A DNA stretch of 2,010 nt, taken from IMG/VR virus record IMGVR_UViG_2671180378_000024. One strand, written 5' to 3'. A model generated the notes under the pieces. The model saw nothing but the letters and a program-made list of their open reading frames with translations, did no database searches and was not told where the DNA came from. The stretch comes from a virus (taxonomy: Duplodnaviria > Heunggongvirae > Uroviricota > Caudoviricetes). This document shows, in pieces, positions 1-2,010 of this stretch. The translations under genes and the position numbers were made by a program. Every line of letters starts with the position of its first letter. Within the stretch, counting starts at the first letter, position 1.

Positions 1-72
1 TTGATTTTCAATAACCGTTCTGACATCTTCGTCTTTGACCTCTTTAGAGTAACGTTGGGTTTTTCTGCTCAT
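1..72 (-). CDS. IS3-family transposase OrfA-like protein, 5' end only (continues beyond the left edge of the window)
   Basis: The reverse complement of 1-72 reads ATG AGC AGA AAA ACC CAA CGT TAC TCT AAA GAG GTC AAA GAC ... = MSRKTQRYSKEVKDEDVRTVIENQ. A canonical AAGGAG Shine-Dalgarno sits 6 nt upstream of the ATG (reverse complement of 79-84). The N-terminus resembles IS3-family OrfA helix-turn-helix proteins from memory (pattern MSRKTQRYSKEFKAEAVRTV..). Only 24 codons are visible, so the family call is tentative. Confidence 0.5.
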   Translation of the reverse strand, partial: MSRKTQRYSKEVKDEDVRTVIENQ

Positions 73-136
73 TATTAGCTCCTTCTGATGCCATTCTATT
101 TCAGGAAGGATTGTCCGTTAAACTCAGGCTACCTCA
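1..136 (-). mobile_element. Terminal segment of an IS3-family insertion sequence (inferred left inverted-repeat end near base 136; body extends left of the window)
   Basis: Read in IS orientation, the sequence from base 136 leftwards starts TGAGGTAGCCTGAGTTTAACGG..., a TG-initiated terminus about 64 nt upstream of the OrfA start codon. This spacing is typical of IS3-family left ends. Homology of the adjacent capsid fragment to lambda gpE begins within a few codons to the right of this point, consistent with an insertion junction. The exact boundary is uncertain by roughly 10-20 bp. Confidence 0.45.
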
Positions 137-488
137 CGCCGCAGAACTGGCCTGTAAAAACCTGGGTGAAGTGGTGAGCTTTAAAGGCTATCTGGGCGAT
201 ATTGCCCTTGTCGTCTATTCCGGCAAATACACTGACAGCGACGGCACCGAAAAATATTTCCTTGAGCCTGATTTGCTGGTCCTGGGTAACACCAACAATA
301 AAGGGCTGGTGGCCTATGGTGCGATTATGGATCAGGAAGCGGTCAGAACGGGCGCAACGCAAAACATGTTTTACCCGAAAAACTGGATTGAGGACGGCGA
401 TCCGGCGATTGAGTACGTGCAGACGCACAGCGCACCGCAGCCGGTACCGGCAGATATTCGCAAATTTGTTATCGTCAAAATTGGTTAA
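111..488 (+). pseudogene. Major capsid protein, lambda gpE family, C-terminal remnant (about 115 of about 340 residues), 5' truncated, probably by the IS insertion
   Basis: The translation ..AELACKNLGEVVSFKGYLGDIALVVYSGKYTDSDGTEKYFLEPDLLVLGNTNNKGLVAYGAIMDQEAVRTGATQNMFYPKNWIEDGDPAIEYVQTHSAPQPV.. aligns by eye with the C-terminus of lambda gpE as recalled (..AVKDLGKAVSYKGMYGDVAIVVYSGQYVENGVKKNFLPDNTMVLGNTQARGLRTYGCIQDADAQREGINASARYPKNWVTTGDPAREFTMIQSAPLML..), with roughly half the residues identical, down to the stop. The frame is closed by a TAG at 45-47. The only in-frame start upstream of the homology is a TTG at 111, which lies inside the inferred IS terminus. Homology to gpE begins near base 137-141. 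Confidence 0.75.
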
Positions 489-500
489 CGGGGGGATTCT

Positions 501-836
501 ATGGACACTCCATACATTGAGTTATTTGCAGGTAGTCAGCAGGTATCCACGACGCTGGTACATTTTGCTGCTGATGCTGGCGTTATTCAGGAATTTACCC
601 CGCTGATGCTGGCGGAAAATGGCGAGTTTAAGCCGTGGGATGGTCAGGAATCTGGCAAGGCTGTTTATCTGACCTCGTACCCCGTGGACACGTCGACGCA
701 GAAATCAGCACAGTGCTACAAGACGGGGATATTCAATATTGCCGCCGTTAACTGGCCTGAGAGCGCCGACACCGACGCGAAAAAATGCGCCGCCTTTGCG
801 GGTTCTGGCGTATCCGTTCAGCCGCTGGCGCGATAA
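501..836 (+). CDS. Head decoration protein, lambda gpD family (complete, 111 aa)
   Basis: ATG at 501 preceded by a GGGGGGA Shine-Dalgarno (490-496) with a 4-nt spacer. The translation ..TPLMLAENGEFKPWDGQESGKAVYL..STQKSAQCYKTGIFNIAAVNWPESADTDAKKCAAFAGSGVSV.. aligns with lambda gpD as recalled (..[70 protein letters not shown]). Length matches lambda gpD (110 aa). It starts 12 nt after the capsid-fragment stop. Confidence 0.85.
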   Translation: MDTPYIELFAGSQQVSTTLVHFAADAGVIQEFTPLMLAENGEFKPWDGQESGKAVYLTSYPVDTSTQKSAQCYKTGIFNIAAVNWPESADTDAKKCAAFAGSGVSVQPLAR

Positions 837-848
837 GCAGGGGGAACG

Positions 849-1262
849 ATGGCAACGAATGAAAGTATCATGACGCTACCGCTGGCGAGTAAATTTAAAG
901 CCGAAGCGCGGGCAATGGCTGACAGAGGTTTATCAACCTACGAGGCCGTATATCAACTTAACAGCCTGGAAGAGAAGGACAAGCCGCGCGCTGATGCGAT
1001 TATGGCGCTTCATGAATCTGACGACTATCAGCCGCTGTTACGTGCAATGGCAAACGTGCCTTGTATTGATGTTGATACGGCTAAAAACATCCTGAACATG
1101 ACCATAGAGCAGGAACGCCCGAAGGTTGCACCAGAGCTTACCGCAGCCTTTGAAAACTTTATGGACATGCACAGCCCACAAGCCGTATCAGCTGGCATGG
1201 CATACGATGGCAGAAACCCGGGCGATGACGGCGACATCGATCGCATACTGAAAACCATCTGA
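849..1262 (+). CDS. Hypothetical acidic protein (137 aa), function unknown; co-oriented and translationally close-packed with the gpD-like gene
   Basis: ATG at 849 preceded by an AGGGGGA Shine-Dalgarno (839-845). It starts 12 nt after the gpD-like stop and ends at a TGA (1260-1262), immediately followed by a rho-independent terminator. No in-frame stops; E. coli-like codon usage. The protein has a marked excess of Asp/Glu over Lys/Arg. I do not recognise a family. It is not similar by eye to lambda gpFI, gpW or gpFII as I recall them. Confidence 0.75.
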   Translation: MATNESIMTLPLASKFKAEARAMADRGLSTYEAVYQLNSLEEKDKPRADAIMALHESDDYQPLLRAMANVPCIDVDTAKNILNMTIEQERPKVAPELTAAFENFMDMHSPQAVSAGMAYDGRNPGDDGDIDRILKTI

Positions 1263-1267
1263 GACAA

Positions 1268-1290
1268 GGCCGGAGAAATCCGGCTTTTTT
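1268..1290 (+). terminator. Rho-independent terminator downstream of the capsid-module genes
   Basis: GCCGGA (1269-1274), GAAA loop (1275-1278), TCCGGC (1279-1284), followed by TTTTTT (1285-1290). Begins 6 nt after the ORF3 stop. The T-run is on the + strand only, so it is unidirectional. Confidence 0.7.
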
Positions 1291-1291
1291 G

Positions 1292-1364
1292 CGGGTCCTT
1301 TCCGGCATATGGACCTGTTACGGGGCGGAGACCTCGCGGATTTTCGCTATTTATGAGCCTTTTC
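1292..1364. other. Lambda-type cohesive end site (cos): cosQ-like block, cosN, and the cosN-proximal (I2-like) part of cosB
   Basis: 1292-1305 CGGGTCCTTTCCGG is identical to the lambda cosQ-region motif as recalled, and lies the same 17 nt from the cohesive-end sequence as in lambda. 1335-1364 CGCGGATTTTCGCTATTTATGAGCCTTTTC matches lambda CGCGGGTTTTCGCTATTTATGAAAATTTTC at most positions. Downstream of about 1365 the sequence diverges from lambda cosB. Confidence 0.85.
1323..1334. other. cosN 12-nt cohesive-end sequence GGGCGGAGACCT (lambda: GGGCGGCGACCT); predicted terminase nick sites flank this segment
   Basis: Context TTACG|GGGCGGAGACCT|CGCGGA compared with lambda TTACG|GGGCGGCGACCT|CGCGGG as recalled. 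There is a single C-to-A difference at base 1329, position 7 of the overhang. Nick positions are inferred by analogy, not observed. Confidence 0.8.
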
Positions 1365-1428
1365 AGGGGGGTGGTGGTGGTTTTGTTGTTTGATCTATCT
1401 TTATGAATGAAAAGGGAAAGATGCAAGC

Positions 1429-1466
1429 AATACACCAACCTGAAGCAGTAATTAAGTTGGTGTATT
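1429..1466. repeat. Perfect 11-bp inverted repeat (AATACACCAAC ... GTTGGTGTATT) with 16-bp spacer, ending 1 nt before the terS ATG
   Basis: 1429-1439 AATACACCAAC is the exact reverse complement of 1456-1466 GTTGGTGTATT. It lies between cosB and the first ATG of the Nu1-like ORF. It could be a protein-binding palindrome or an RNA hairpin affecting translation initiation. Confidence 0.5.
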
Positions 1467-1467
1467 A

Positions 1468-2010
1468 ATGAAATCTCATCTGATGAACAAAAAAAACATG
1501 GCGAAAAGCTGCCGTGTAAGTGCGACAGCGTTCGACAAGTGGGGAGTAACTCCCGTTGAGCGTAAAGGCCGTGAGGCGTTTTATGATGTTGCCAGCGTGA
1601 TAGAAAATAGGGTTAACAATGCAATTAGCCAGCTTATAAACGACAAAGGCGAGATTGACGATGATGAACTTTTACGAGTCAGGATCAGATTACTGACAGC
1701 ACAGGCAGAGGCGCAGGAACTTAAAAACGATCGCGATCGCGGTGACGTGATTGATACTGAGTTTTGCCTGTACGCGCTTTCAAAGCTGGCGAGTCAGATT
1801 TCATCAATCATGGACATCCTCCCGCTTACTATGCAAAGGAGCTTCCCACAGATTACCCCCGCCATGCTGGACAGGCTTAAAAGGGAAGTGGTTAAAGCCT
1901 GTAATGCCAGTGCCAGAGTTGCCGACAACCTCCCACAGATACTGGCTGATTACTTGAAAGAAACAACCGGAAACGTACCGGAAAAGTTGCTACAGAAGAA
2001 AGGCGAGTAA
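1468..2010 (+). CDS. terS: Terminase small subunit, lambda Nu1 family (complete, 180 aa; alternative start at 1483)
   Basis: The translation ..NKKNMAKSCRVSATAFDKWGVTPV..LLTAQAEAQELKNDRDRGDVIDTEFCLYALSKLASQISSIMDILPLTMQRSFPQ.. aligns with lambda Nu1 as recalled (MEVNKKQLADIFGASIRTIQNWQEQGMPV..RLTRAQADAQELKNARDSAEVVETAFCTFVLSRIAGEIASILDGLPLSVQRRFPE..). Length matches lambda Nu1 (181 aa). It lies about 135-150 bp downstream of cosN, as Nu1 does in lambda (about 190 bp). Stop TAA at 2008-2010. No obvious Shine-Dalgarno upstream of either candidate ATG. Confidence 0.9.
   Translation: MKSHLMNKKNMAKSCRVSATAFDKWGVTPVERKGREAFYDVASVIENRVNNAISQLINDKGEIDDDELLRVRIRLLTAQAEAQELKNDRDRGDVIDTEFCLYALSKLASQISSIMDILPLTMQRSFPQITPAMLDRLKREVVKACNASARVADNLPQILADYLKETTGNVPEKLLQKKGE

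Noticed and set aside
100-140. Possible outward-facing promoter in the IS end (TTGTCC at 111-116 as a -35-like hexamer)
   Set aside because: No convincing -10 hexamer at the appropriate spacing. Too weak to call from sequence alone.
129-428. 99-aa ORF on the minus strand
   Set aside because: It lies entirely antisense within the gpE-like coding region, which has clear homology support on the + strand. No start context, no recognisable similarity. Most likely a chance antisense ORF.
202-606. 134-aa ORF on the + strand in an alternative frame
   Set aside because: It overlaps the gpE-like fragment and the start of the gpD-like gene out of frame. Its Arg/Trp/Ser-rich composition is typical of an off-frame translation of a real gene.
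1381-1420. IHF binding site in cosB (lambda I1 analogue)
   Set aside because: I searched both strands for the WATCAANNNNTTR consensus. The closest candidate (reverse complement around 1381-1395, GATCAAACAACAA) fails the TT positions, so no IHF site is called.
1028-1438. 136-aa ORF on the minus strand
   Set aside because: It spans the 3' half of ORF3, the terminator, and the cosQ/cosN/cosB region in antisense. A real gene crossing the cos site and terminator is implausible; the translation is low-complexity.
1751-1957. 68-aa ORF on the + strand in an alternative frame
   Set aside because: It is embedded out of frame within the well-supported Nu1-like terS gene; frame-shadow ORF.
1-2010. CRISPR array, tRNA/rRNA genes, or a defence-system operon
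   Set aside because: No direct-repeat/spacer periodicity, no tRNA-like cloverleaf segments, and every substantial ORF is accounted for by phage structural or packaging homology or the IS. Nothing supports these feature types.

Overview
This window looks like the cos/packaging junction of a lambda-like (lambdoid) phage genome or prophage remnant in an enterobacterial background, with an unusual gene order and an insertion sequence at its left edge. Left to right: (1) bases 1-72, minus strand, encode the first 24 codons of what looks like an IS3-family transposase OrfA that runs out of the window, with the inferred IS terminus near base 136; (2) 111-488 (+) is the C-terminal third of a lambda gpE-like major capsid protein, apparently truncated by that IS; (3) 501-836 (+) is a complete lambda gpD-family head decoration protein; (4) 849-1262 (+) is a 137-aa acidic protein I cannot place; (5) a rho-independent terminator at 1268-1290; (6) a lambda-type cos site, with a cosQ-like block at 1292-1305, a 12-nt cohesive-end sequence GGGCGGAGACCT at 1323-1334 (one base different from lambda as I recall it) and a lambda-like I2 segment of cosB; (7) 1468-2010 (+), a complete Nu1-like terminase small subunit. 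The main point of interest is synteny: capsid and decoration genes lie immediately upstream of cos, in E-then-D order, whereas lambda has cos-Nu1-A-W-B-C-Nu3-D-E. This suggests a rearranged or non-canonical lambdoid element, possibly satellite-like, rather than a standard prophage. All homology calls rest on recalled lambda sequences and by-eye alignment, not on database searches.
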